Below, in pieces: positions 32,952 to 41,973 of a stretch of 49,505 nt of DNA (positions are counted from its first letter, which is position 1; each line of letters begins with the position of its first letter). The DNA is from Candidatus Fermentibacteraceae bacterium (lineage in GTDB: Bacteria; Fermentibacterota; Fermentibacteria; Fermentibacterales; JCC-6): NCBI GenBank assembly GCA_030592635.1, contig JAUVIS010000002.1, positions 1 to 49,505 on the forward strand. Reading direction: 5' to 3'. The notes under the pieces were generated by a model. The model was not told where the DNA came from, made no database searches, and saw only the letters and a list, made by a program, of their open reading frames with translations. A program made the translations under genes and the position numbers.

Positions 32952-33698
32952 ATGAAAGCAGTAATAATCGCGGCGGGTTGCGGCTCGCGTCTTGAGTCCC
33001 GGCACGGGGGAATGCCCAAGACTCTTCTGGAGGTCGGGAACCGGAGGGTCATTGATATTATCCTCGACGGAGTGGTAAAGTCCGGTATAAAAGATGTTGT
33101 TGTTGTTACCGGATACAAAGCAGCTCTTCTTGAGGACTACCTGAGAAACAACGCGCCCGACCCCCTCAGCATTGAGCTCTCCGATAATCCCCTCTGGAAG
33201 CTTTCCAATGGTGTTTCTGTACTCAGCGCGAAAAAAATGATCAGACCCGATGAAGAATTTGTTCTCTTAATGAGTGATCACATCTTTGAACCGGAAATGC
33301 TCAAACTTACTGTTGAAACCGCGATTGAACCTGATCAGGCGTTGCTTGCTCTGGATTTCAAGCTTGACCGCATTCCTGATCTTGATGACGGAATGAAGAT
33401 CAAATGCGCCAGAATTGAGAACAGCAGGTTTGAGATTACCGGACTTGATAAAAAGTATGAAGATTATCAGGCAATAGACTGTGGTATGTTCAAATTGAAT
33501 TACAGCTTCTTCGACATTCTGCGAAGCTCTATAGAACAGGGTAAAGATTCTCTCTCGGATGCCTGCAATTCTCTTGCGCGGAACGGGAAGATGATTGGTG
33601 TTGATATCGGTGACAGAAGATGGATTGATCTGGACACCCCTGAGATGTTTTTATGGAATGAACTGATCGGCACAATCACCGGCGAGAGCAAACAGTGA
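32952..33698 (+). CDS. NTP-transferase domain protein (LicC / IPCT-like cytidylyltransferase class, substrate unknown)
   Basis: The N-terminus is MKAVIIAAGCGSRLESRHGGMPKTLLEV. The 248-aa length and overall layout match the phospho-alcohol cytidylyltransferase class. Confidence 0.75.
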   Translation: MKAVIIAAGCGSRLESRHGGMPKTLLEVGNRRVIDIILDGVVKSGIKDVVVVTGYKAALLEDYLRNNAPDPLSIELSDNPLWKLSNGVSVLSAKKMIRPDEEFVLLMSDHIFEPEMLKLTVETAIEPDQALLALDFKLDRIPDLDDGMKIKCARIENSRFEITGLDKKYEDYQAIDCGMFKLNYSFFDILRSSIEQGKDSLSDACNSLARNGKMIGVDIGDRRWIDLDTPEMFLWNELIGTITGESKQ

Positions 33699-34759
33699 AT
33701 ATCTACTACTTCGCGAATCAGATTTATCAGTTGTCATATGCATGGCCGCTTTACAATGAGATCGGCGGTTCTTTCCTTGTAAGGAAATACAAGACTCTTC
33801 TGAAGTTCAAGAGATACCTCAGGGGAAGTGTAAAGTCCGGGAATGCCGCATCTCTTGGAACTCCGGCTGTGGAAAGAAGGAAACTCAGACATGTTTCCGA
33901 TTTGAGCGGAATCATTTTATCACAGTCCAATTCCAGAATACACAATGATCCAGCAAGACTGAAAACTGTTTTCATTGGACACGGTACCGGCGACAAGAAA
34001 TACGGGGGGAAAGCCAATACTCTCGAGAGCTATCAGTATCTTTTCATCTCCGGACCCAAACACATGGAAAAGCTCAAAGACGCCAGGCTTGATATTCCTG
34101 AAAAAAGGCTTGTGAATATTGGTAATCTCAGATTTGATGAATACTTGAACAACAAAAATGACCGTGATGCTCTGATGGACAAAATGAGAATTCCCATGAA
34201 GAACCGAACAAGAAAAACGGTTCTGTACGCCCCGACATGGAAATGGGGAAACGGGACAATAAAGAAGTATGCAAAACTTTTCATCAAAGAGATTACCAGA
34301 GAACACAATCTCATAATCAGACCTCATCATTTCGACGCTCATCGTCTTCCCGGGCTGAAGCTCTGGGCCGCCGCGAACGGAATTAAGAATGTGTATTTCT
34401 CCAATCCCAACAGGATCAAGACCAACGACACTATGCAGGACTTCCTTGTTTCGGATGTTCTTATCAGTGATACATCTTCCATACTTTATGAGTACCTTGT
34501 AACAGGGAAACCCATAGTAGTCGCCAGCACGGATTTCAGTGATCTGCACAACATGCCCGATAAAATGAATATAATGACAATCGCGGATTTCTTTGATGGT
34601 TCAAAAAGCATTCTGGATGTAGTGAACCGGAGCCTCTCTGGTGCGGAAAACAACTCACGCTACACCGAAATGCTGCACAACTGCTTCTACTTCAATGACG
34701 GAAAATCTGTAAAACGCGCAACAGAATTCGTAAAAGGAATCTCCCGGGAGCTTCAGTGA
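33695..34759 (+). CDS. CDP-glycerol glycerophosphotransferase family protein (TagB/TagF-like) 2
   Basis: The motifs VLYAPTWKWGNG, IIRPHHF and VLISDTSSILYEYLVTGKPIVV are present. Confidence 0.85.
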   Translation: MNIYYFANQIYQLSYAWPLYNEIGGSFLVRKYKTLLKFKRYLRGSVKSGNAASLGTPAVERRKLRHVSDLSGIILSQSNSRIHNDPARLKTVFIGHGTGDKKYGGKANTLESYQYLFISGPKHMEKLKDARLDIPEKRLVNIGNLRFDEYLNNKNDRDALMDKMRIPMKNRTRKTVLYAPTWKWGNGTIKKYAKLFIKEITREHNLIIRPHHFDAHRLPGLKLWAAANGIKNVYFSNPNRIKTNDTMQDFLVSDVLISDTSSILYEYLVTGKPIVVASTDFSDLHNMPDKMNIMTIADFFDGSKSILDVVNRSLSGAENNSRYTEMLHNCFYFNDGKSVKRATEFVKGISRELQ

Positions 34760-35847
34760 AGAAAATACTGTTCGATCTGAAAAAAGAGTACTATTTCAAC
34801 TCCCTGCATCCTCTTTACGCCGCCATGTCTCAAGACCCCGAGTACGACCTGTGGATAAGGGCGGGCAAGGATCAGCACCGCTTCCTCGGGCTGTTTCTAA
34901 TTTCAAACAAGTCCAGGATCGAAGATGATCTCAGAGGAAAAGGCTTCCAGGTAACAGATAGAACCAGAGGATTCGATGCTGTGATCTGCGGAGATGCTTT
35001 AAAGAATCCGGAAAAATACGATGATGTTCCCAGGTTTCATCTGGATCACGGAGTGGGAATAAAGACTTTAAGAATAAGAAACATAGTCAGGCAGAAGAAT
35101 ATCCGGTATCATGTTTTCCTTGAAGGTCAGTACTGGTACGACTATATAAAAAGCATTGGTTGCGGGGACAGCGCGGATTTTCATGTTACCGGATTGCCCA
35201 AGCTTGATCCATTCTTCCGGCCCGGGCATTACAACAACACTCTGCTTAAAGAGAAACTCGGACTGGACCCCTCAAAGAAAACTGTTCTGTTTGCTCCTTC
35301 ATATAAACCAAGCTGTATTGAATACATCGGCGACAGGGTCGTGGAACTTCTCCCCGACTGCAACCTGATAATAAAACTTCATCCGTATTCCTGGGGAGGC
35401 AAGTATGCCCCGCATTCTCAGCACAGGCTGTATCAGGAACTCGCGGAAAAACACAGAGAATTATACCTTGTGCCCCGTGAAGAATACGATGTTTATCCTT
35501 ATCTCAGCCTTGCGGATACCATGATAAGCGATACATCAAGTGTTCTGAATGAATTTCTTGCTCTGGGCAGACACGGAATTATCTACGAGCTGCCCTGTTC
35601 ATCTCTGAAACACTCCGATGGAATGCCTGTACTCTCCATCGACCCGGCTGAATGGCTGGCAGGGGCATTCCCCCATATATCCAGCCCGGATCAGCTTAAA
35701 AACGCCGTTAACCGGGCTCTTTCTCCCACAGACGCAATGAAAAACAAGTTGTCTGAATACAGAGAATACTTTTTTACGGGACTTGACGGCAGGGCTTCAT
35801 CCAGAGTCAAAGAAGTCATCGACTCTGTTCTGAAAACAAAGGGGTAA
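34756..35847 (+). CDS. CDP-glycerol glycerophosphotransferase family protein (TagB/TagF-like) 3
   Basis: The motifs VLFAPSYKPS, IIKLHPY and TMISDTSSVLNEFLALGRHGIIYE are present. Confidence 0.85.
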   Translation: MKKILFDLKKEYYFNSLHPLYAAMSQDPEYDLWIRAGKDQHRFLGLFLISNKSRIEDDLRGKGFQVTDRTRGFDAVICGDALKNPEKYDDVPRFHLDHGVGIKTLRIRNIVRQKNIRYHVFLEGQYWYDYIKSIGCGDSADFHVTGLPKLDPFFRPGHYNNTLLKEKLGLDPSKKTVLFAPSYKPSCIEYIGDRVVELLPDCNLIIKLHPYSWGGKYAPHSQHRLYQELAEKHRELYLVPREEYDVYPYLSLADTMISDTSSVLNEFLALGRHGIIYELPCSSLKHSDGMPVLSIDPAEWLAGAFPHISSPDQLKNAVNRALSPTDAMKNKLSEYREYFFTGLDGRASSRVKEVIDSVLKTKG

Positions 35848-35855
35848 ATTTCTAT

Positions 35856-36995
35856 ATGTCAGGTAATTACAAGATAGCATACTGGATTAGAACTGACATA
35901 CAGCATTTCGCCCATATCCGCCCCGTCTACGATAATCTCGGAGGTGTAATACTCACAAAAAATCCGGTGATTTACAACTATTTGAATGAAAATTATCCAT
36001 ATTTGCGCGAGGATCTCCTTCTGGTTAAGAATTCCACTGAAGCAAAGAAAGTACTGAACAGGATGGACATCAAACTTGTTGTGTATACCGGTTTTCAGAT
36101 GATTTTCTGGGGATATTCGGTACAGGTGTTCCACGGGGCATCCGACAAGAGCTATCTTCTTCACAACAGACGGATTCTCCTGTATGATCTGCTTCTTCTG
36201 CCCGGGAAGAAGCACATGGAGAAGATCGAAAGCACATACAAGCTTAAGCACCCTGAGCGTTTCAGGATGGTGGGTTACCCCAAGTTTGACAGGCTTGTTT
36301 CAAACACTCTTGCCCGCAGCCCACTTTTCAGCAACGGGAAGTCCACAATTCTCTATGCTCCCACATGGATATCTGAGGATTCGGGAACGAGGTTAAAGTT
36401 TACCAGCCACGGTGAAAGTTCGTTACCTCTGTGGGGAAAGAAGCTCATACGCGCAATCTCTCCTGAATGGAATCTGATTATCAAATACCACTCCAGAATA
36501 AACAAAAACCGTACAGAGATTTACAACGATATTGATCAACTCATAAGTGAACTTGGCGCTGAAGACAGTGTAAAAGTGGTCTGGGATTCAGATATTACAC
36601 AGTACATGAATCAGGCGGATCTGATGATATCTGATATTTCAGCAGTCTGTTATGAATGGTTCCATACCGGAAGGCCAATCGTTTTCGCCAATCCAGCCCC
36701 CCTGCATTACAAGCCGTCTTCAGATAAGCTGTCCAATACTTACGCTTGGCAGGCAGGCGATGTAATCAACAGGGAAGAAGATATTGTACCGATCATTCAG
36801 AAAAATCTGACCTGCGATAATTACAGGGACATCAGGAACAAACTTTTGAACCACTCATTCTACAAACCTGACGGTCACGCGACTGAAAGGCAGAGTGCCG
36901 AGATAGTGAAGTTCTACGATAAAGTAAAAAACAGAAGCAGGTTCAGGATGATCTGTCACAACATTTCAGTGTTTGTCAGAGATGCTCTTTCCTGA
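35856..36995 (+). CDS. CDP-glycerol glycerophosphotransferase family protein (TagB/TagF-like) 4
   Basis: The motifs ILYAPTWISEDSG, IIKYHSR and LMISDISAVCYEWFHTGRPIVFA are present. Confidence 0.85.
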   Translation: MSGNYKIAYWIRTDIQHFAHIRPVYDNLGGVILTKNPVIYNYLNENYPYLREDLLLVKNSTEAKKVLNRMDIKLVVYTGFQMIFWGYSVQVFHGASDKSYLLHNRRILLYDLLLLPGKKHMEKIESTYKLKHPERFRMVGYPKFDRLVSNTLARSPLFSNGKSTILYAPTWISEDSGTRLKFTSHGESSLPLWGKKLIRAISPEWNLIIKYHSRINKNRTEIYNDIDQLISELGAEDSVKVVWDSDITQYMNQADLMISDISAVCYEWFHTGRPIVFANPAPLHYKPSSDKLSNTYAWQAGDVINREEDIVPIIQKNLTCDNYRDIRNKLLNHSFYKPDGHATERQSAEIVKFYDKVKNRSRFRMICHNISVFVRDALS

Positions 36996-37909
36996 GGTTT
37001 CCTGCGCCAGCGGTTGTGGAACCATACCCACTGCTCGGGAGCATTCAGTATCCACCTGCTGATTCTTCCGTTGAGAAGTGTCAGGATTTCAGGTATTGAA
37101 TCCTCTTCTGTGAAAAAGACAGGCTCGTCAATTTCAAGGAGATAAGTTGAATCCTTCTGCCGGGTAATGTGAACAGTGACTATCGGCGCATCAAGTTTCG
37201 TTGAAAGCACCGCAGGAGCAACCGGTGTTCGTGCGAGGTGACCCAGAAAGTTTGCGAATTCACTCTGAACACCCTTTGTATCCTGATCTATCAGCATTCC
37301 CAGTGTGTTGTTTTTACGGAGCAGACGAAGTATCGGAGCAACTCCCGCATCTCTGTCGATGGTTTGTATGCCGGGTTTCCGTCTCAGTTTATCAAGAACA
37401 TCGGATGCTCCCTGCTGTGACAGAGTTCTTCCAATAACGCCGATGTCAAAACCCAGCAGTTTTACGGCCCTTGGAAGAAGTTCCCATGGTCCATAGTGAG
37501 CAGTAACAGCGATTACACCCTTTCCGTAAGAAAGGGCCTTTTTCATATTGTCTGATCCATCTACCTTCACTATTTTATTGAATGTGTTATCACTGCGGTA
37601 TGACAGGTAGAAAAAATCAAAGAATCCGGCAAGAATACCGGTGTATATTTCCGCAACTGTCACATGAATATTGTTGTCTGCCATTATGCCCTGCTGATGT
37701 TTTCTGATAATCCTGTTTGACGGCAGCGGAAGAATCGAAAGAAGCCATCCCAGTATTTCCGCATAAAATCGGGAAACCGGTCTGGGTGTGACGGCTGCCG
37801 AGAATATCACAAGTTTCACTGCCGGTGCAGTGAGGGCGTGACGGAAAGTCTTGAATGGTATTTTCTTCATATTGGCAGGAGAATACACAGTTTGCAGGCG
37901 ATCTGTCAA
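36956..37909 (-). CDS. Lysophospholipid / lipid A late acyltransferase family protein (LpxL/HtrB-like)
   Basis: The family block is GKGVIAVTAHYGPWELL...LGMLIDQD...FLGHLARTPVAPAVLS. An alternative start is the ATG at 37870 (MKKIPF). The 3' end overlaps the convergent tagF-like 4 gene by 40 nt. Confidence 0.8.
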   Translation of the reverse strand: MTDRLQTVYSPANMKKIPFKTFRHALTAPAVKLVIFSAAVTPRPVSRFYAEILGWLLSILPLPSNRIIRKHQQGIMADNNIHVTVAEIYTGILAGFFDFFYLSYRSDNTFNKIVKVDGSDNMKKALSYGKGVIAVTAHYGPWELLPRAVKLLGFDIGVIGRTLSQQGASDVLDKLRRKPGIQTIDRDAGVAPILRLLRKNNTLGMLIDQDTKGVQSEFANFLGHLARTPVAPAVLSTKLDAPIVTVHITRQKDSTYLLEIDEPVFFTEEDSIPEILTLLNGRISRWILNAPEQWVWFHNRWRRKPQERASLTNTEML

Positions 37910-37980
37910 GAAAGACCATACGGAGGTATCTGATTATATTTCCGGGACACGGCAGAGTAAAACCCCGGAAGGAATGGCAA

Positions 37981-40635
37981 GTGGCGGAAAAACTGATCCT
38001 CATTGATACACTGAGCGTTCTTTACAGAGGTCACTACGCCATGATGAAGGGGCACCTCAAAGGAACTGACGGTACTGTTACCAGCGGTTTGAGTTTTTTG
38101 CTGAGAGAGCTGTTTTCAATTATTGACGCAAATCCCGACTGCGATGTGGCGGCAATCAGTGATGCTCCGGGACCGACATTCCGCAGGGATATGTTTCCTG
38201 AATACAAAGCCAACAGACCTCCCACTCCCGAGGATCTCAGAATACAGACTCAACTTGCCCGCGAACTCATACCCGCGCTGGGTATCCCGTTTATTGAAAA
38301 GCAGGGGCTGGAAGCCGATGACATTATTGCCGGATTTGCTCTGGAATCCTCCATTCCAGTTTTAATACTCTCGCCCGACAAAGATCTTCTGCAGCTTGTC
38401 AGTGACAATGTATCTGTTCTTCGCCCGGGAAGATACGGCAAATCATCAACACTGATTGCCAGGGGCGATGTCGCTGGAATTATGGGTGTGCCCGCAGAGT
38501 ATATAGCCGATCTTCTGGCCATCATGGGGGATTCATCTGACAACATTCCAGGTGCCCGCGGAATCGGGGCAAAGGGCGCTGTTAAACTGATACAGCAGTT
38601 CGGAAGCATCAGTGACATATACAGACATCTTTCCGAAGTTAAGCCGGATTCAATAAAGAAAAAACTCATTGATTCCCGTGAAATGGTTGAATTGAGTCTA
38701 AAGCTCACAAAGCTGGATCTGCCGCTGGCGCATGATCTCAGGGAAACAGATCTGACACAGAGAGATCCTGATCCGGAAGTGGCACTGCCAATGCTGAACA
38801 GACTCGCTCTTTCAAAAATTGCGGACAGACTGGGGCTTGAACTGTCCGCCGCCGGTAATCAATCTGATTTTACCGAAATGTTTTCATGCAGAGTGAACAT
38901 TGTAAAAGATATCGAGTGTATCAATTTCCCGGGAAACGGACCGATCTGCGTTGACACGGAGACAACTTCTGTTGACCCGTTGAAAGCTGAGCTTATCGGT
39001 TTCTCCGTTACTTCCGTTCAGGATGAAAGCTGGTATGTGCCGTTCGCCGATTCGGGCAATGAAGAGCGGATACTCAGTTCTCTTGAAGAACTTCTTAACA
39101 GCAGAGGATATATCGCTCAGAACTCGAAGTATGACAGTCGCGTTCTTTACCGCTACGGAATTCGACTCCCGGTACCATCCGATGATCCGTATCTTGCCGA
39201 CTACATCCTGAGACCCGATGCTCGAAGTCATTCACTGAAAAAGATCGTTCCAGTATGGCTTGGGAAAAGCATGAGAACTTTTGATGAGGTTTCCGGCGGC
39301 ACTGGATCGCTGCTTGGAGTTCCTGTGGAAACCGTTGCTCAATACTGCTGCTCTGATTCTGCATCAACTCTTGCTCTGGCAAACAGAATGTCACTTGAAT
39401 TTGCCGATGATGCGGCTCTTGAAAAGGTTTACAGGGAAGTTGAACTTCCACTTTCCTCCGTGCTGGCCGGCATGGAAATCCGCGGAGTAGGACTTGACCG
39501 GGAGGCCCTCCGCCGCGAGGGGGATCTTATCAGCCAGAGGGTATTCAGCCTGATGGAACAGGCATCCGAGCAGACCGGAAGGTCTATAAACCTGGCCAGT
39601 CCGGCACAGGCGGCCTCCATGCTTTTTGATACTCTTGGCCTGAAGCCGGTGCGAAAGACCTCAAAAGGCGCCAGATCCACTGATATGACCGTTCTGACCA
39701 GACTCAGAAATGAGCATCCTTTCGTCGAAACACTTATTGAATTCAGAGAGCTTTCAAAACTTCTGAATACCTATGTGGAGAAGCTGCCGGGATATGTAAA
39801 CCCTGCAACAGGGTTGATACACACAAATTACAATCAGGCTGTAACTGCAACAGGCAGACTCAGTTCCAGCAATCCCAACTTGCAGAATATTCCCATCAGA
39901 ACCAGCAGAGGAAGAGAGATCAGAAAATGCTTTGTTCCGCCCGTGAAGGGGCATGTATTTGTTACCGCTGATTACTCCCAGATTGAATTGAGACTGCTGG
40001 CGCATCTGGCGGGGGAGGGTGTTCTCAGAAGAGCATACAGAGAGAACGCTGATATCCATTCACGCACGGCGGAAGCTGTTTTTGGAGATGCATCCCCGGA
40101 TCACAGACGGAAGGCCAAGGAAGTTAATTTTTCCATCATATACGGTATCAGCGCCTTTGGTCTTGCCCGAAGGCTTGCAATTTCCCGTGGAGAGGCTGCC
40201 GGTATAATTTCCCGCTACTACGAAACATATCCTGAAGTAAAGCGCTTTTATGAAGAAATGGTAAACATCGCTGTTGAAAACAGCGAGATCAGAACGATTC
40301 TTGGCAGAAGACGGTTGTTCACGGGGATGAAAGAGGCCGGGGGAAACAGCAGAAAACAGATGGAGAGAGCGGCAGTTAACTCGGCTGTACAGGGATCCGC
40401 CGCAGACATAATCAAACTCGCGATGATAAAAGTTGAGAAAAGGCTGGCAGGGGAACTTCCCGGCGCCGGGCTGGTATTGCAGGTACATGATGAACTTGTT
40501 CTGACATGCCCGGAAGAACATAAAATTGTCGCGGAGACAATACTTGAAGAAGAAATGCAGGGAGCCTTTCAACTGGAGGTTCCTCTTACCGTGGAAACCG
40601 GCTCAGGCTCCAACTGGCTTGATGCCGGCCACTGA
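37981..40635 (+). CDS. polA: DNA polymerase I (5'-3' exonuclease, 3'-5' exonuclease and polymerase domains)
   Basis: The 5' nuclease segment is LILIDTLSVLYRGHYA...GDSSDNIPG. The Exo I/II/III motifs are CVDTETTS, NSKYD and YCCSD. The polymerase motifs are DYSQIELR, RRKAKEVNFSIIYG and QVHDEL. I chose the GTG at 37981, after GGAAGGAA. The track ORF is over-extended to 37855. Confidence 0.92.
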   Translation: MAEKLILIDTLSVLYRGHYAMMKGHLKGTDGTVTSGLSFLLRELFSIIDANPDCDVAAISDAPGPTFRRDMFPEYKANRPPTPEDLRIQTQLARELIPALGIPFIEKQGLEADDIIAGFALESSIPVLILSPDKDLLQLVSDNVSVLRPGRYGKSSTLIARGDVAGIMGVPAEYIADLLAIMGDSSDNIPGARGIGAKGAVKLIQQFGSISDIYRHLSEVKPDSIKKKLIDSREMVELSLKLTKLDLPLAHDLRETDLTQRDPDPEVALPMLNRLALSKIADRLGLELSAAGNQSDFTEMFSCRVNIVKDIECINFPGNGPICVDTETTSVDPLKAELIGFSVTSVQDESWYVPFADSGNEERILSSLEELLNSRGYIAQNSKYDSRVLYRYGIRLPVPSDDPYLADYILRPDARSHSLKKIVPVWLGKSMRTFDEVSGGTGSLLGVPVETVAQYCCSDSASTLALANRMSLEFADDAALEKVYREVELPLSSVLAGMEIRGVGLDREALRREGDLISQRVFSLMEQASEQTGRSINLASPAQAASMLFDTLGLKPVRKTSKGARSTDMTVLTRLRNEHPFVETLIEFRELSKLLNTYVEKLPGYVNPATGLIHTNYNQAVTATGRLSSSNPNLQNIPIRTSRGREIRKCFVPPVKGHVFVTADYSQIELRLLAHLAGEGVLRRAYRENADIHSRTAEAVFGDASPDHRRKAKEVNFSIIYGISAFGLARRLAISRGEAAGIISRYYETYPEVKRFYEEMVNIAVENSEIRTILGRRRLFTGMKEAGGNSRKQMERAAVNSAVQGSAADIIKLAMIKVEKRLAGELPGAGLVLQVHDELVLTCPEEHKIVAETILEEEMQGAFQLEVPLTVETGSGSNWLDAGH

Positions 40636-40647
40636 AGAGAGTTTATA

Positions 40648-41973
40648 ATGAAAAGAATTATTTTACTGCTGACAGTTCTGATTGTCCTGACCGCTTCCTG
40701 CGGAACAGAACAGCGAATGAATGTTCTGCTCATTCTTGTTGATACAGTAAGGGCGGATCACTTCAGCTGCTACGGGTATCACAGGAATACAACGCCTCAT
40801 ATTGACAGTCTCGCGGCGGCGGGAACTATTGCTGAATTGTGCCAGGGACAGGCTTCATGGACTCTTCCTGCGATGACTACTATCATGTCAGGTGTACCCA
40901 CCGTTGTTCACGGCGCGGGAAGAAGCAGCACCGGCTTTCACGGCATATCTCCTGATGTTCCATGGCTTCCACTTGCTTTTAACAGGGAAGGCTACAGAAC
41001 GGCAGCTTTCTTCAATGTCATGTTCATGAATGCTGATTTCGGTTTTCACAGGGGCTTCCAGCATTTTGACTGCCAGGGAGTTGCCAGCGGCAACAGTCTC
41101 AGGAAGGCCGGACCGACTGTGGACGATTTCCTCACATGGCTGGACTCCGGCGATGAGAGCAAACCCTTCTTCGCGGCTGTGCACTTTTATGACCCCCACA
41201 TTCCCTACCGGGCTCCGGAACCGTTCAGGAGCATGTATACTGATCCGAACTACAACGGAGAGTACGGGGATTCCTGGGGCGAGGGAATTACCGAGATGAT
41301 GGATGTCAATTCAGGTGAAGTAATCCCGACACAGTCTGATATGGAAAATCTTGTCGCCCTCTATGATGGAGAACTGACATACACGGATTCTGAAATCGGC
41401 AGAATGCTCGCCGATCTCAGATCAAGAGGACTTGCGGATAACACACTGATTATCCTTGTTGGCGATCACGGAGAGGAATTCCTTGACCACGGGGGAATTG
41501 AACACGGACGCACCCTCTATCAGGAAACCACTCATGTCCCTCTGATAATTGCCGGCCCGGGCTTCGGGGGAGGAAGAGTTATCTCCCGTTCTGTGGCTCA
41601 GCTGGATATAGCTGGAACCATCGCCTCTGTTACCGGAATTGAATTCACAACCCTGGAACCCGCATTGAACCTGACGGGCTCAATTGATCCGGCCAGGTTA
41701 ATTCCGGCAAGCGGTGTACTCTGGAGAGCAGAGGGTGATCTGGTTTCAATCGTATCGAACAACAGCAAACTTATCTGGTCAGTTGAAGATGATTCCCTTG
41801 AAGCCTTTAATCTGGCAGCTGATCCACTGGAACAGGAGCCTGTAACACCCGAAAACACGATGATTGAAGCAGCGGAATTCTACTGGGTAACGCCCCCCAT
41901 GGGGGAGGCGCCTCTAGTGAACTACAGTGAGACAGCAAGCAGGGAACTCAGAAATCTGGGTTATATCAGATAA
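40648..41973 (+). CDS. Alkaline-phosphatase-superfamily (sulfatase-like) lipoprotein with Thr at the nucleophile position
   Basis: The lipoprotein-type signal is MKRIILLLTVLIVLTASC. The sulfatase-family N-terminus is NVLLILVDTVRADHFSCYGYHRNTTPHIDSLAAAG. The nucleophile region reads TLPAMTTIMSG in place of C/S-x-P-x-R. The metal site is GDHGEEF. Confidence 0.8.
   Translation: MKRIILLLTVLIVLTASCGTEQRMNVLLILVDTVRADHFSCYGYHRNTTPHIDSLAAAGTIAELCQGQASWTLPAMTTIMSGVPTVVHGAGRSSTGFHGISPDVPWLPLAFNREGYRTAAFFNVMFMNADFGFHRGFQHFDCQGVASGNSLRKAGPTVDDFLTWLDSGDESKPFFAAVHFYDPHIPYRAPEPFRSMYTDPNYNGEYGDSWGEGITEMMDVNSGEVIPTQSDMENLVALYDGELTYTDSEIGRMLADLRSRGLADNTLIILVGDHGEEFLDHGGIEHGRTLYQETTHVPLIIAGPGFGGGRVISRSVAQLDIAGTIASVTGIEFTTLEPALNLTGSIDPARLIPASGVLWRAEGDLVSIVSNNSKLIWSVEDDSLEAFNLAADPLEQEPVTPENTMIEAAEFYWVTPPMGEAPLVNYSETASRELRNLGYIR

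Noticed and set aside
31948-34549. 216-aa and 209-aa minus-strand ORFs inside the tagF-like genes
   Set aside because: These are shadow frames in A+T-rich coding sequence. The plus-strand frames carry the TagF-family motifs.
40648-41973. Calling the protein an arylsulfatase
   Set aside because: The C/S-x-P-x-R formylglycine motif is replaced by T-L-P-A-M, so a generic alkaline-phosphatase-superfamily call is safer.
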